Below, in pieces: positions 10,621 through 20,372 of a stretch of DNA of 64,000 nucleotides. Both the position numbers and the translations under genes were made by a program. The stretch covers positions 4,128,001 to 4,192,000 of the forward strand of contig OZ244937.1 in NCBI GenBank assembly GCA_965222075.1. Direction: 5' to 3'. This DNA comes from Candidatus Latescibacterota bacterium (GTDB lineage: Bacteria > Latescibacterota > UBA2968 > GCA-2709665). The notes beneath the pieces were generated by a model. It did no database searches and was not told the origin of the DNA. It worked only from the letters and a program-made list of their open reading frames with translations. Positions within the stretch are counted from its first letter, which is position 1. Every line of letters starts with the position of its first letter.

Positions 10621-10670
10621 CGGACGACGGACGATAGCGATACGGTCTATGGTCCGTGGACTTCATACCC

Positions 10671-11122
10671 ATGCAACCGCTAAACTTTCCCTGCGACTAT
10701 GCGTTCGATATCCGGACGTCCGGCGGAAAGTCCACCATCTTCGATCCTCTCCGCCGAAAACACGTGCGGTTGACGCCGGAGGAGTGGGTGCGTCAGAACC
10801 TGGTGCAGTACCTTGTTGATGACCTGAAATTCCCGGTGGGCCGCACCGCTATCGAGACCGGCTTCACATACCAGGGCATCCAGCACCGCGCCGATGTAAT
10901 CGTCTACGACCGCCGGGGAAAACCGGTCCTCATGGCCGAATGCAAAGCGCCCGATGTAAAAATCAAACAGGACGCATTCGACCAGATCGCCCGGTACAAT
11001 ACGTCCGTACAGGCCAATTACCTTGTGGTCACAACGGACTCACCCACTACTGCTACGTTCTCGACCGCGAGGCGCGAACGTACCGTTTTCTGGATCAATT
11101 GCCCCGATACGAGGACCTCTGA
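10671..11122 (+). pseudogene. Type I restriction HsdR N-terminal-domain protein (HSDR_N_2), frameshifted near 11033
   Basis: TPEEWVRQ, RADVIVY, ECKAP and DQIARYN; the C-terminus NGLTHYCY...LPRY lies in another frame (real indel or sequencing error). Confidence 0.7.
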
Positions 11123-11173
11123 CTGTCCCGATGTCTGGATGCTCAGCTGCTCTGACCCTCTCAAGGAGCCAAC

Positions 11174-12178
11174 ATGCAGCGCATCCCCTTTCAAAAGCTA
11201 TACGATGAATGCCACCGCGTCCTCATCACAACCGGCTTCACGCCGGATCGTGCGGACGTGTGCGCCAGGGTCTTTGCCGAAAACACGCGCGACGGCGTCC
11301 ACTCCCACGGCCTGAACCGCTTTCCCCAGTTTATTGAAAGGGCGAAAGAAGGCCGCCACATCGACATCCATGCCATGCCAAAAAAGGCGGACGGCTTCGG
11401 CCTTGTAGAACGGTGGGACGGCTGCCTGGGTCCCGGCATCCCCAACGCCACCTTTTGCATGGACCGCGCAATCTCCCTGGCCCGGGAATACGGCATCGGA
11501 TGTGTCGCCCTCAAAAACACCAACCACTGGATGCGGGCGGGCACCTACGGGCTGCAGGCTGCCGACGCCGGTTGCATCGGCATCTGCTGGACCAACACCA
11601 CCAAGCTCATGCCTCCCTGGGGGTCTGCCGAACGCAAAGTCGGCAACAACCCCCTCGTCATTGCCATCCCCCGGCCCGGCGGCCACATTCTCCTGGACAT
11701 GGCCATCAGTCAGTTCTCCGGCGGCAAAATGGAAATCTACCGCCGCAACGGCGAACCGCTCCCTGTCAAGGGCGGCTACGACACCCACGGCAACCTTACC
11801 TGCGATGCGGTTGCCATCCACGAATCGGGCCGCTCCCTGCCCATCGGCTGCTGGAAAGGCTCCGGCCTCGCCCTTACGCTTGACCTCGTCGTCACCCTCC
11901 TCTCCGGCGGCCGGTCCACCTATCAACTCGCAAAAGAAAAGGACGAATACGGCGTCTCCCAGATCTTCATCGCCATCGACGTCACAACCCTCGTCGGCGA
12001 ACAGGTCCTCCACCAGACCGTTGGTGAGATCATCGACGATTTGCACGATGCCTCTCCCTTAGCGGGACACGAAAAGGTCACCTACCCCGGAGAGCGCATG
12101 CTCCAGACCCGGAAGGAAAACCTCACTCACGGCATCCCCGTGAACACCGACTACTGGCAACAGGTCCTGGACATGTAG
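11174..12178 (+). CDS. yiaK: 3-dehydro-L-gulonate 2-dehydrogenase (Ldh_2 family)
   Basis: GVHSHGLNRFP, NTNHWMRAGTYG, ICWTN and WKGSGL are characteristic of YiaK/DlgD. Confidence 0.8.
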   Translation: MQRIPFQKLYDECHRVLITTGFTPDRADVCARVFAENTRDGVHSHGLNRFPQFIERAKEGRHIDIHAMPKKADGFGLVERWDGCLGPGIPNATFCMDRAISLAREYGIGCVALKNTNHWMRAGTYGLQAADAGCIGICWTNTTKLMPPWGSAERKVGNNPLVIAIPRPGGHILLDMAISQFSGGKMEIYRRNGEPLPVKGGYDTHGNLTCDAVAIHESGRSLPIGCWKGSGLALTLDLVVTLLSGGRSTYQLAKEKDEYGVSQIFIAIDVTTLVGEQVLHQTVGEIIDDLHDASPLAGHEKVTYPGERMLQTRKENLTHGIPVNTDYWQQVLDM

Positions 12179-12196
12179 ATTGTAGATTGTAGATTG
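12174..12196. repeat. Heptamer tandem repeat (TGTAGAT)x3
   Basis: Visible across the yiaK stop codon. Confidence 0.7.
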
Positions 12197-12224
12197 GAAG
12201 AAGATTTTTCAATATTCAATTTCG

Positions 12225-12253
12225 TTGACTGCCTCCTCCCAATCATGTACCAT
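12225..12253 (+). promoter_or_regulatory. sigma70-type promoter
   Basis: TTGACT-17 bp-TACCAT upstream of the cupin gene. Confidence 0.55.
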
Positions 12254-12311
12254 GAATACCCCACACCCTTCCCCGAAGTTCACCCTGTTGTATAAATAAG
12301 GAGGTCGCGCC

Positions 12312-12683
12312 ATGAGCCAGCTCAGCATCCAGACCGCCAGCACGCCGTCCAGTCCCCTGCCCGACATGCCCATTGACCCGGCCTGGATCAAGGAGGGCAA
12401 TCCCACCGCTCGAGGCACGATTCTCATACAGAGCGCAGACAAAACAGTCTCCAGCGGCTTCTGGGAATGCAGCGAGGGCAAATTCGAGTGGCACTTCACC
12501 TGGGATGAGTTCATTCGTGTCATCGAAGGCCAATTCACCATCACCGAAGACGGCGGCCAGACCCATACGCTCGGCCCCGGCGATACCGCGCACTTTCCCC
12601 TGGGTCTCAAAGCCCACTGGCACGTCATCCAGCCGGTCAAGAAATTCTTCGTCATCAACACCTCCGAACCGCTGGAGTTATAA
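12312..12683 (+). CDS. Cupin_3/EutQ-like cupin protein
   Basis: SGFWECSEGKF, DEFIRVIEG and PGDTAHFP; AGGAGG RBS. Confidence 0.85.
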   Translation: MSQLSIQTASTPSSPLPDMPIDPAWIKEGNPTARGTILIQSADKTVSSGFWECSEGKFEWHFTWDEFIRVIEGQFTITEDGGQTHTLGPGDTAHFPLGLKAHWHVIQPVKKFFVINTSEPLEL

Positions 12684-12726
12684 GCACGACGAAAATTTGC
12701 CATGCCCTGTTCAGGAGACAGCCCCG

Positions 12727-13209
12727 ATGCCCCTCAAAACCTGCCACCACCACGGCTTTACCGTATCCGACATGGACGAATCGGTCCATTTCTACTGCGA
12801 CCTGCTGGGCCTGGAACTCATCCAGGACGCGTTGCGCGAAAATATCCCGTCCTACGACCGGATCCTCGGCTACAAAGACGTGAAACTGCGGGTGGTGATT
12901 CTCAAAGATACATACGAATCCGTCCTGGTGGAATTGATCCATTACCTCAATCCCCCCTCGCAAAAACGGCAGATGCAGAACCACTTTGTCGGCTCATCCC
13001 ACCTGGCCTTCGAAGTCGATGACATCGACGGCATCTACCGGCGCCTGCACGACAGCGGCTGCCGCTTCATCAGCGATGGGGTCGTAGACGTGGTCCGCGA
13101 CGGAAAGTTGGTCGCCCGCAGCGTCTACGCGCTCGACCCCGACGGCATCAGTCTGGAGATGTTCGAGCAGGTCGGCGGCGAGATCGACAAAGCGCTGGCC
13201 GGGAATTAG
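12727..13209 (+). CDS. VOC/glyoxalase family protein
   Basis: HHGFTVSD..S..FY, HLAFEVDD and DPDGISLE motifs. Confidence 0.85.
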   Translation: MPLKTCHHHGFTVSDMDESVHFYCDLLGLELIQDALRENIPSYDRILGYKDVKLRVVILKDTYESVLVELIHYLNPPSQKRQMQNHFVGSSHLAFEVDDIDGIYRRLHDSGCRFISDGVVDVVRDGKLVARSVYALDPDGISLEMFEQVGGEIDKALAGN

Positions 13210-13341
13210 CTGAATGAAAGGATGGGGGGTTGAAAAAAATCGCGAATCCGGCCCTGTGGCAGTCCCCGGCCCTGTGCTCCGGGTGCCTGCGGTGCAGGGC
13301 CTGAACGCATGGTGCCCCCAAGATAACGGTTGTGGACATGG
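13208..13341 (+). repeat. 134-bp dispersed repeat, copy 1
   Basis: 131/134 identical to 22322-22455 by manual alignment. Confidence 0.9.
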
Positions 13342-13354
13342 AGGAACGTAACCT

Positions 13355-14137
13355 ATGAGTGAATCCCCCTCCCTGGCGCTCGTAACCGGAGCGGCCCAGG
13401 GCATTGGCAGGGCGATCACCCAGCGGTTGCTGCACAACGGCAGGCGCGTTATCGCCCTGGATATGGCCGCGGACAACCTGGCAAAACTCGCCGACGAACA
13501 GGCCAGCCAAGACCTGATCACCTGCCCGTTCGACCTGGCGCGAGCGGGCGAAATTCCCCGGCTGATCCGCGAGCGGGTTGACCGGCACGGCCCGATTACC
13601 GCCCTGGTCAACAACGCCGGTATCTGGCCGGGCGGCGCTATCGTCGACCTGACCGATGAAACCTGGAACCGGGCCCTGACGGTCAATCTGACCGCGCCTT
13701 TTGCACTGATGCGTGCGCTGGCCCCGGTCATGGCCGGCGCCGGGGGCGGCGCCATTGTCAATATCGCCAGTCGAAACGCCTTTCGCTCCAGCACCAACTT
13801 CGCCGCATACGACGCCTCCAAGGCCGGTCTGGTGGCCCTCACGCGCACCGCCGCAGGGGAGTTCGCCAAGTACCGCATCCGTGTCAACGCGGTCTGTCCC
13901 GGCGTTATCTCCACGCCCGGCGACACCTCGATCGAAGCACAGCCCTTCAAGGCCGCCTACCTCAAGCAGATCCCGATGGGCCGCTACGGCCAGTCGGAAG
14001 AGGTCGCCGGCGTGGTCTGCTTCCTGCTTTCAGACGACGCCTCGTACATCACCGGTGAGTCGATCACGGTCGACGGCGGCCAGATCGCCTGTCAGGACAA
14101 CAAGCGCTTCATGGAGATCCCCGGCCTCAAGGCCTGA
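13355..14137 (+). CDS. SDR family oxidoreductase
   Basis: TGAAQGIG, NNAG and YDASK motifs. Confidence 0.9.
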   Translation: MSESPSLALVTGAAQGIGRAITQRLLHNGRRVIALDMAADNLAKLADEQASQDLITCPFDLARAGEIPRLIRERVDRHGPITALVNNAGIWPGGAIVDLTDETWNRALTVNLTAPFALMRALAPVMAGAGGGAIVNIASRNAFRSSTNFAAYDASKAGLVALTRTAAGEFAKYRIRVNAVCPGVISTPGDTSIEAQPFKAAYLKQIPMGRYGQSEEVAGVVCFLLSDDASYITGESITVDGGQIACQDNKRFMEIPGLKA

Positions 14138-14244
14138 TCGCAGAAAGCGCACACCGGCGCCAGGTAAAATGGAAAACCGCACCAAAAAAGGTGCGGTTTC
14201 TTGTTTGTACAAGACAAAGGGGGCTGGATCGGAGACACCGACCC

Positions 14245-17200
14245 TTAACCGATGGAAGTGTCCCGCCCCTTCAGATAAGCGATCAGAGGCAGCGCCAGGG
14301 GGGCGAGCCCGAGCAGAAGTATCGCGGCCCCATTGGCCTGATAGAAAGTGTTCTCCACTTTCAGAAGGGACAGCCCCGGCTCAATCAGCGAGGGGGCCCA
14401 TAGCGCTATCATATAGGCCAGCAGGTTAAAGCGCACCACCCATCCCACCAGAAAGATCAAACTCCCCCATGAAATCAGGTTCAACCCGGCCAGGATGGCG
14501 AAGTGATACAGGTCTTTGGCCGGCCCCACAGCGCCCACCATCACCCCGACGACGATCAGTCCCAGCCCCAGCAGCCAGGTCCGCTTCAGCGCCTGCTGCC
14601 AGACCAGAAAGACCGCCAGCGTCAGTAAGAGGATCAGCAGGATACCTCCAACAGCATCGGTCAATTCATTCAGGACCGGAAGGTAGGTGTTCAGCCCCGG
14701 GGGCGAAAACCCGCCCGGCTTGAGGTAATCCGTCAGCCAGTGGTAGTTCACAAAAAGCCCGACCTGTTCGATTCCTTTCCTGATCAGCGCCAGTGTGCCC
14801 CCCAGCAGGAGAGCATCCAGCCAGAAGCGAGCCCCGCCCTCGCGCAGCCGCAGCAGCCCGAACCAGCCGGCAGGCGCCATCTCGTGGGGATAGAGCGCCC
14901 GGAACAGCGCTACGGCTAAGGCCACGACCAGAGTCATCATCAGGCTCGTAAAAGCGGGAGTCAGCAGGAAGCCGATTGCATTTCCCCAGAGAAAGGTCGC
15001 CAGGGCCTGGCTCGTATCGTACTGCTGAAAGAATGTCGGCAGATCATTGAGCCTGTCAACCAGCATCAGCGCCGCTGCCAAAACGCCGATCCATACCGCG
15101 AAACGCCATCTCACCTGCCTTTCCCGGAAGGCCCGCAGGAAATAGCGTCCGGCCAGGACCACCGTTGCAAGGACCAGCACAACGCTCACCACCTGCGGAA
15201 TCACATCCTTCGCCTTCTGCTCGCGCAGTTCCCGCAGAAACGCCTCCGGCGCCTTGTAGTGCAGGCCGAAGCTTCCGACCCGGTCCCCCTGAACGCGTGT
15301 GCTCATCCGGAATTCCCCGTCCTCCACCTTCCGGTCAATCCGCTCCCAGATGAAATAGTGGTCCATCCGGGCTTCCTCTTTCTCCGATCGGGATTCCAGA
15401 AGTTTGTAACGAACCGTATCCGTAACCGACCGTCCGAAATGTCTTTCCACAAACGGCCGGGCAATAGTCCGGGCGGAATCCGCATCCAGGGTGGCCCCGG
15501 CCCGGGCCTCCGGAATGATGTGATTAAAAAACACGACCTGTCCTGCGCCATCCACCCCAACCTGCACCTCTTCCTTCTCCAGCGGCCTGAACCAGCGCAC
15601 CCGCCACGTCCAGGGGGCCGTCTCCTCGGAGGCCAGCGTATCCGCCCGGGCCACTCCCGCATGTCGAACAAGGTGTACAAAGTGGGACGACCCCACGTTG
15701 CTTCGAAACTGTGCGCTCCTGCGATAGCCCGTGATATCCAGTCCAACCTTATCACAAAACGCCTCCGCCTTCCCAATCGCTTCTGCCCGGTTCACCGAAA
15801 GCGAAAGCGTCCTCGCGCCGAACTGTTCCACGCCCAGGCCCGCCATCAGGGCAATGCCCACAGCCGCAAATACGCCCGCGGTCACCCGTCCCCGTCTGTC
15901 AAGTAAATAGGCCTCCGGCCCCTTCTGTGGCAGCGCGTCCTCCTGAGGCGCCTTCTCCGGTTGGGGAGGGGGCGCCTCAACAGCCGGTTCAAGAGTCTCC
16001 TCTTCGGCCGTCTCCTCAACCTCGCGCGAGTACCCGGTCAGGAAGGCAATCAGGGCCGGGATTGCGGGCAGGAGCAGAATCCCGGTCACCGCAATCCCCG
16101 AAACCTGGAAATACAGGCTCGCAGACTTCATCATCGGCAGCGCAGTCAGGAAAGCATTGTAAGCGTAATGGGCGATAATCGGCGCCCAGATCCCGAAACG
16201 GAGGAAAGCCGCGCCGAACATCACACCCACCACAGTCAGCTCAATCCCGCGCGTATAGATCGGCTCCACCGGATAGTTGGAATGCAGAAACGCCCAGACC
16301 ACAGCCGGCAGCAGCACCGCAAGCCACCGCCGCTTCAACCACCGGATCAGCAGCGGAATGGCCAGCAGCCGGAAGAAAAACTCCTCCATTGTAGAGGCCG
16401 CCAGCCCTACCAGCAACGGGTAGATCCAGGGGATCAGCGTGCTGAACGCATTGTCGTATTCGCTCACATCCGCTGGGAACCAGATCCCGAAATAGCGCGA
16501 TCCCACCAGGTAGAACAGGGTTACATAGCCCACCATAACCCCTGCGATTCCGTAGCCTACAAGCGTTGATCGTAAAAACCCCTTTGAAAGCATTCCACCC
16601 GGCGAAAAGCGCCCCAGTGGATCCCGCCTGCCCCCAAAGAGCACCTCTCGCCCCAGCGCGCCCCCGGCCGTACCGGTCATACAGATAATCCCGCCTGACA
16701 AAACCGAGCCGATGATCGCTCCAAGCAGAAGAACCATCAGAAAGGCGCTGTACGACTGCGTCGTATTATAGTCATAAGAAATCAGAGGCAATCCGTTCAT
16801 CTGTGCGGCCACCGTCGCCACTGCAACCAGCACGCCCACAACCAGGCCGGCCTGCCACCGGAGCGTCCCTTTTCGGTAAGCTTTCACCAGCACTACCAGC
16901 ATCGCCACGGCCAGGGCGAGCCAGAACACGGCAAACGCCTGGCTCAGCAGGTTCGCCCGGGAGCGAACCTCTGTGTACTTCCGGGTAAAGGTCTCGGGAA
17001 CTTTCAGATACTCCCCGAATTGCCCGACCCGGTCTCCCTGCACAACAACCCCCAGCCGGTAGTGCCCGTCTTCCCCAACCGTAAACCCGGCTTTGCGGTA
17101 CGTAAACGTGTGGTCGGTCCGCGCTTTGCGCTCCACACTCGACCGGTCGATCAGCGTATAATCGTTCAGATCGAACCCCTGGACCTCCTTCACAAACCGC

Positions 17201-17649
17201 TCGGCAATCGGCAGCGCGGCCTCCTGCGCCAGGCTCGCGCCCTCGTCCGACTCCAGAACCCGGTGTGAAAAGCTCACAATCCGGCCCCCGGGATCGAGCC
17301 GGACTCGAAACTCCTCCTTCTGCAGGGGTTTGAACCACCGCACGTTCCAGGTCCAGATCGAGACCCATTCCCGCGCCAGCCGGTTCGTCTCCTCCAACCC
17401 CAGCGTCTTCTCCAGAAAAATCTGCTCCATCTGATTCCGGGAAAACACCTGGGCGCTCTCGTATCCCTCCATGTCGTATCCCAGATTCCCCAGATAGTCC
17501 TCAGCCTTTTGAAACACCTCTTCCCGGCTCAGTTTAAAATCCAGCGACGCAGCTGGAAACGCCTCGGTATAAAAATGCAGAAAAACCCACAGCCCGACCG
17601 CTCCCAGAGCCAGAAGCAGCACAATCCACACACCCTCGCGGCGATCCAT
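14245..17649 (-). CDS. Large multi-pass membrane protein with a CPBP (CAAX/Abi) metalloprotease domain
   Basis: EEFFFR, WAFLH and AHYAYN motifs; duplicated W.VRWF.PL.KEE extracellular/TM modules. Confidence 0.75.
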   Translation of the reverse strand: MDRREGVWIVLLLALGAVGLWVFLHFYTEAFPAASLDFKLSREEVFQKAEDYLGNLGYDMEGYESAQVFSRNQMEQIFLEKTLGLEETNRLAREWVSIWTWNVRWFKPLQKEEFRVRLDPGGRIVSFSHRVLESDEGASLAQEAALPIAERFVKEVQGFDLNDYTLIDRSSVERKARTDHTFTYRKAGFTVGEDGHYRLGVVVQGDRVGQFGEYLKVPETFTRKYTEVRSRANLLSQAFAVFWLALAVAMLVVLVKAYRKGTLRWQAGLVVGVLVAVATVAAQMNGLPLISYDYNTTQSYSAFLMVLLLGAIIGSVLSGGIICMTGTAGGALGREVLFGGRRDPLGRFSPGGMLSKGFLRSTLVGYGIAGVMVGYVTLFYLVGSRYFGIWFPADVSEYDNAFSTLIPWIYPLLVGLAASTMEEFFFRLLAIPLLIRWLKRRWLAVLLPAVVWAFLHSNYPVEPIYTRGIELTVVGVMFGAAFLRFGIWAPIIAHYAYNAFLTALPMMKSASLYFQVSGIAVTGILLLPAIPALIAFLTGYSREVEETAEEETLEPAVEAPPPQPEKAPQEDALPQKGPEAYLLDRRGRVTAGVFAAVGIALMAGLGVEQFGARTLSLSVNRAEAIGKAEAFCDKVGLDITGYRRSAQFRSNVGSSHFVHLVRHAGVARADTLASEETAPWTWRVRWFRPLEKEEVQVGVDGAGQVVFFNHIIPEARAGATLDADSARTIARPFVERHFGRSVTDTVRYKLLESRSEKEEARMDHYFIWERIDRKVEDGEFRMSTRVQGDRVGSFGLHYKAPEAFLRELREQKAKDVIPQVVSVVLVLATVVLAGRYFLRAFRERQVRWRFAVWIGVLAAALMLVDRLNDLPTFFQQYDTSQALATFLWGNAIGFLLTPAFTSLMMTLVVALAVALFRALYPHEMAPAGWFGLLRLREGGARFWLDALLLGGTLALIRKGIEQVGLFVNYHWLTDYLKPGGFSPPGLNTYLPVLNELTDAVGGILLILLLTLAVFLVWQQALKRTWLLGLGLIVVGVMVGAVGPAKDLYHFAILAGLNLISWGSLIFLVGWVVRFNLLAYMIALWAPSLIEPGLSLLKVENTFYQANGAAILLLGLAPLALPLIAYLKGRDTSIG

Positions 17650-18106
17650 CGATTCCTCCTTTTCAAGCGTAAGATGCGTACACAAATCCCTCCCGTACCG
17701 CAGTCCCTATTTTAAATGTAAGTGTATCCGAAGGGCGGAGGCAAGCGAAAAAAGACGCACCCCAGGAAAGGATCTCATACGAAAGTTTCATCTCAGCACC
17801 AAGCAAAATTGGAGCATCCGGGAGGAGATGCGCAGGATCGGGAAGGAACTTTGTTGGAAGAGATGATAAACAAAATGACTGGCCGGAGGCCGCCTCCAGC
17901 CCTCTTGAAAAGGCCACTTGCCAAACCCGGCCTCTCTGTTGTATTTTGTAGGCGCGCTCGAGCCCCGTCACCGGGAGGAGATCGTGTCCAAACGTCCAGT
18001 GGCCCGTCGGCGGGCTGGATCAGGACCGCGATGTCGACCGACTGGCTGCCAATCCAGGGGCCGACCACCACATCAAGAATAAGCCAGGCAGGAGGTTGAT
18101 TCTGAA

Positions 18107-19360
18107 ATGGCCGATTTAATTCCGGCCCACGGAGGGGTGGACGAGCCGGTTTGCCTCATGGCACCGGCGGACGAGGCGGACGCGTTTCGTGAAGCGGCCG
18201 GGCGGCTGGTCCGGGTTGCTCTGAGCGATGCGGATCTTTCAACGGTTTACCGGTTTGGGGACGGCGCGCTGAGCCCTTTAACCGGGCCGATGGACGCGGA
18301 GACCTACCACCGGGTGCTGGAGGAGGGGGTGATTGAGTCCAATGGGCAGCGCTATGCCTGGACCATTCCACTGGGTCTGCCGGTTGAGGCGGGGCTGGTT
18401 GCGCAGCTTGAGGTCGGCCAGCGTGTTGCCCTGGTGAATACGGCCGATGAGGTCGTGGGCACGCTGGATGTGAGCGATATTTACCCCTGGGACAAACCCA
18501 AGTACCTCAAGAGCGTGTACCTGACCGAGCGCACGGACCACCCCGGGGCCGATATGGTTCTGAAGGGAGATGCGGACAGGTCGCACCTGCTGGGGGGAAC
18601 GGTTCGGGTGTTGCCCCAGCCAGAACACCCGGGGTTCGGGCAGTATGTACACACGCCGCGTGAGGTGCGCCGCCTGCTAAGAGAAACAGGCTGGGAGCGC
18701 GTGGTGGCTTTTCAGACCCGCAACCCGCTGCACCGGGCGCACGAGTACGCGCTGGTTTACGGTCTGGAGACGCTGGTCCGACGGGGGTACAGGGCCGGGG
18801 CCTGTTTAAATCCGCTGGTGGGGGAGACCAAGGCAGACGATGTGAGCGCCGAGGTCCGCATGCAGACCTACCAGGCCCTGATCGAGGCCCGCACACTGGG
18901 AGAGGGCGACAGCGATTCCGGGCTGTGGGAACGCGAGTCAGTGCCGGACCGGGTGATGCTGCTGGGGTTGGATATCAGGATGTTTTATGCGGGTCCCAAG
19001 GAGGCGGTGATGCACGCGATCTATCGCCAGAACTTCGGGTTTACCGATATTATTATCGGGCGAAAACACGCCGATGCGCCCTATCACGACGGGAGCGCCA
19101 TCTGGGGGGATTTCGACGCGCAGGAGATTTTCGAGCGTTTGAAAGGGGATCTGAAAATCCGCCCGCTGAAGGTGGGGTTCGCGGCCTTTTACGAGTCGCT
19201 GGGAAGGGTGGACCTGATGGAGAACCATACCGATGAACAGCCGGTTTTTATCTCCGGCAAGCAGGTTCGCGAGATGCTGATGCGGGGAGAGGAGGTTGAT
19301 CCACGCATTATGCGGCCCACAACCTCGAAAATTCTGAGCGAGGCAATGGCGGAGAGATAA
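18107..19360 (+). CDS. sat: Sulfate adenylyltransferase
   Basis: [21 protein letters not shown] and IIGRKHA motifs. Confidence 0.9.
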   Translation: MADLIPAHGGVDEPVCLMAPADEADAFREAAGRLVRVALSDADLSTVYRFGDGALSPLTGPMDAETYHRVLEEGVIESNGQRYAWTIPLGLPVEAGLVAQLEVGQRVALVNTADEVVGTLDVSDIYPWDKPKYLKSVYLTERTDHPGADMVLKGDADRSHLLGGTVRVLPQPEHPGFGQYVHTPREVRRLLRETGWERVVAFQTRNPLHRAHEYALVYGLETLVRRGYRAGACLNPLVGETKADDVSAEVRMQTYQALIEARTLGEGDSDSGLWERESVPDRVMLLGLDIRMFYAGPKEAVMHAIYRQNFGFTDIIIGRKHADAPYHDGSAIWGDFDAQEIFERLKGDLKIRPLKVGFAAFYESLGRVDLMENHTDEQPVFISGKQVREMLMRGEEVDPRIMRPTTSKILSEAMAER

Positions 19361-19510
19361 TCAAAATTCGGCTTAACGCAACTGCGCAATGTCGGTTGTG
19401 AGGTTCACGGTTCCTATCTTTATGAATTATCGGCAGGTTGTGGCGATTCCGCAACCGAAAAATGAGGACGCCCCCGGCAGGCGCTTGAGGCTTATCTTTT
19501 GGGGAACCAC

Positions 19511-19539
19511 TTGACTTTCACCGGAGGATAAGATAAATT
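19511..19539 (+). promoter_or_regulatory. sigma70-type promoter for clpP
   Basis: TTGACT-17 bp-TAAATT. Confidence 0.5.
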
Positions 19540-19583
19540 GAGCCAGATTTTGATATTTCGGATTTTGGATTGAAGGTTTTTCT

Positions 19584-19618
19584 TCCGCAATCCGCAATCC
19601 GCAATCCGCGATCCGCAA
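19584..19618. repeat. Heptamer tandem repeat (TCCGCAA)x5
   Basis: Five units, one with a mismatch; degenerate inverted units at ~19546-19571. Confidence 0.8.
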
Positions 19619-19641
19619 TTCAACAGGGGGAAGATGGCGAG

Positions 19642-20265
19642 ATGATGGAATATGAGGAAGATTGGGTTCGGTTAAAAGAGGAGGAGGAGGAAGAAGAGGT
19701 GCGGGGGGAAGGGGACGGCGCTTTTCTGGGCCGAAATCTGCTCAAGGCCCGGACCATTTTGATTTCCGATCCGGTTGACCACAAGCTAACTACCCGGGTG
19801 ATTGCCCAGTTGCTGCTGGTGGACGGCGAAGACCCGGAGAAGCCGGTCAAGATTTTCATCAATTCTCCGGGGGGTAGCGCGGACGACGGGTTTGCGATTT
19901 ACGATATGATCCGCTTCATCCGCCCGCCGGTGAAGGTGATCAGCGCCGGGCTTTCGGCCAGCGCTGCGACGGTGATTATGCTGGCGGCCGAGAAAGAGAA
20001 CCGATATGCGCTGCCCAATGCCCGGATTATGATCCACCAGCCGTCGATGCGGTATTTCGGCGCAGCCGAAGATATCCGGCGGACGGCAGAACAGATCCTG
20101 AAATTGAGGGCGCGGATCAACAAGCTCTACGCTGAGGAGACCGGGCAGCCGATTGAAAAGGTGGAGGAAGATACGGACCGGGACTACTGGATGTCAGCGC
20201 AGGAGGCGCTGGACTACGGACTGATCAGCAGGGTGGTCGGCAGCTATGCCGAACTGGAAGCATAA
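19642..20265 (+). CDS. clpP: ATP-dependent Clp protease proteolytic subunit
   Basis: INSPGG, SASAA (catalytic Ser), MIHQP and DRDYW motifs. Confidence 0.9.
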   Translation: MMEYEEDWVRLKEEEEEEEVRGEGDGAFLGRNLLKARTILISDPVDHKLTTRVIAQLLLVDGEDPEKPVKIFINSPGGSADDGFAIYDMIRFIRPPVKVISAGLSASAATVIMLAAEKENRYALPNARIMIHQPSMRYFGAAEDIRRTAEQILKLRARINKLYAEETGQPIEKVEEDTDRDYWMSAQEALDYGLISRVVGSYAELEA

Positions 20266-20372
20266 GCGGAACGCAGGCGGAGAGGCCCCCGGCTTTCACC
20301 GTCACATTTGTTAACGTCGCAGGGGCGGGGTTTTCCCGCCCCTTAAATTTGTCGTTCCCTGGAAGGCACACA

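Noticed and set aside
10671-11122. Type I restriction-modification system
   Set aside because: Only a standalone HsdR N-terminal domain, frameshifted; no hsdM, hsdS or helicase.
12373-12726. N-terminal extension of the VOC ORF
   Set aside because: It overlaps the cupin gene in another frame; the RBS and domain start point to ATG 12727.
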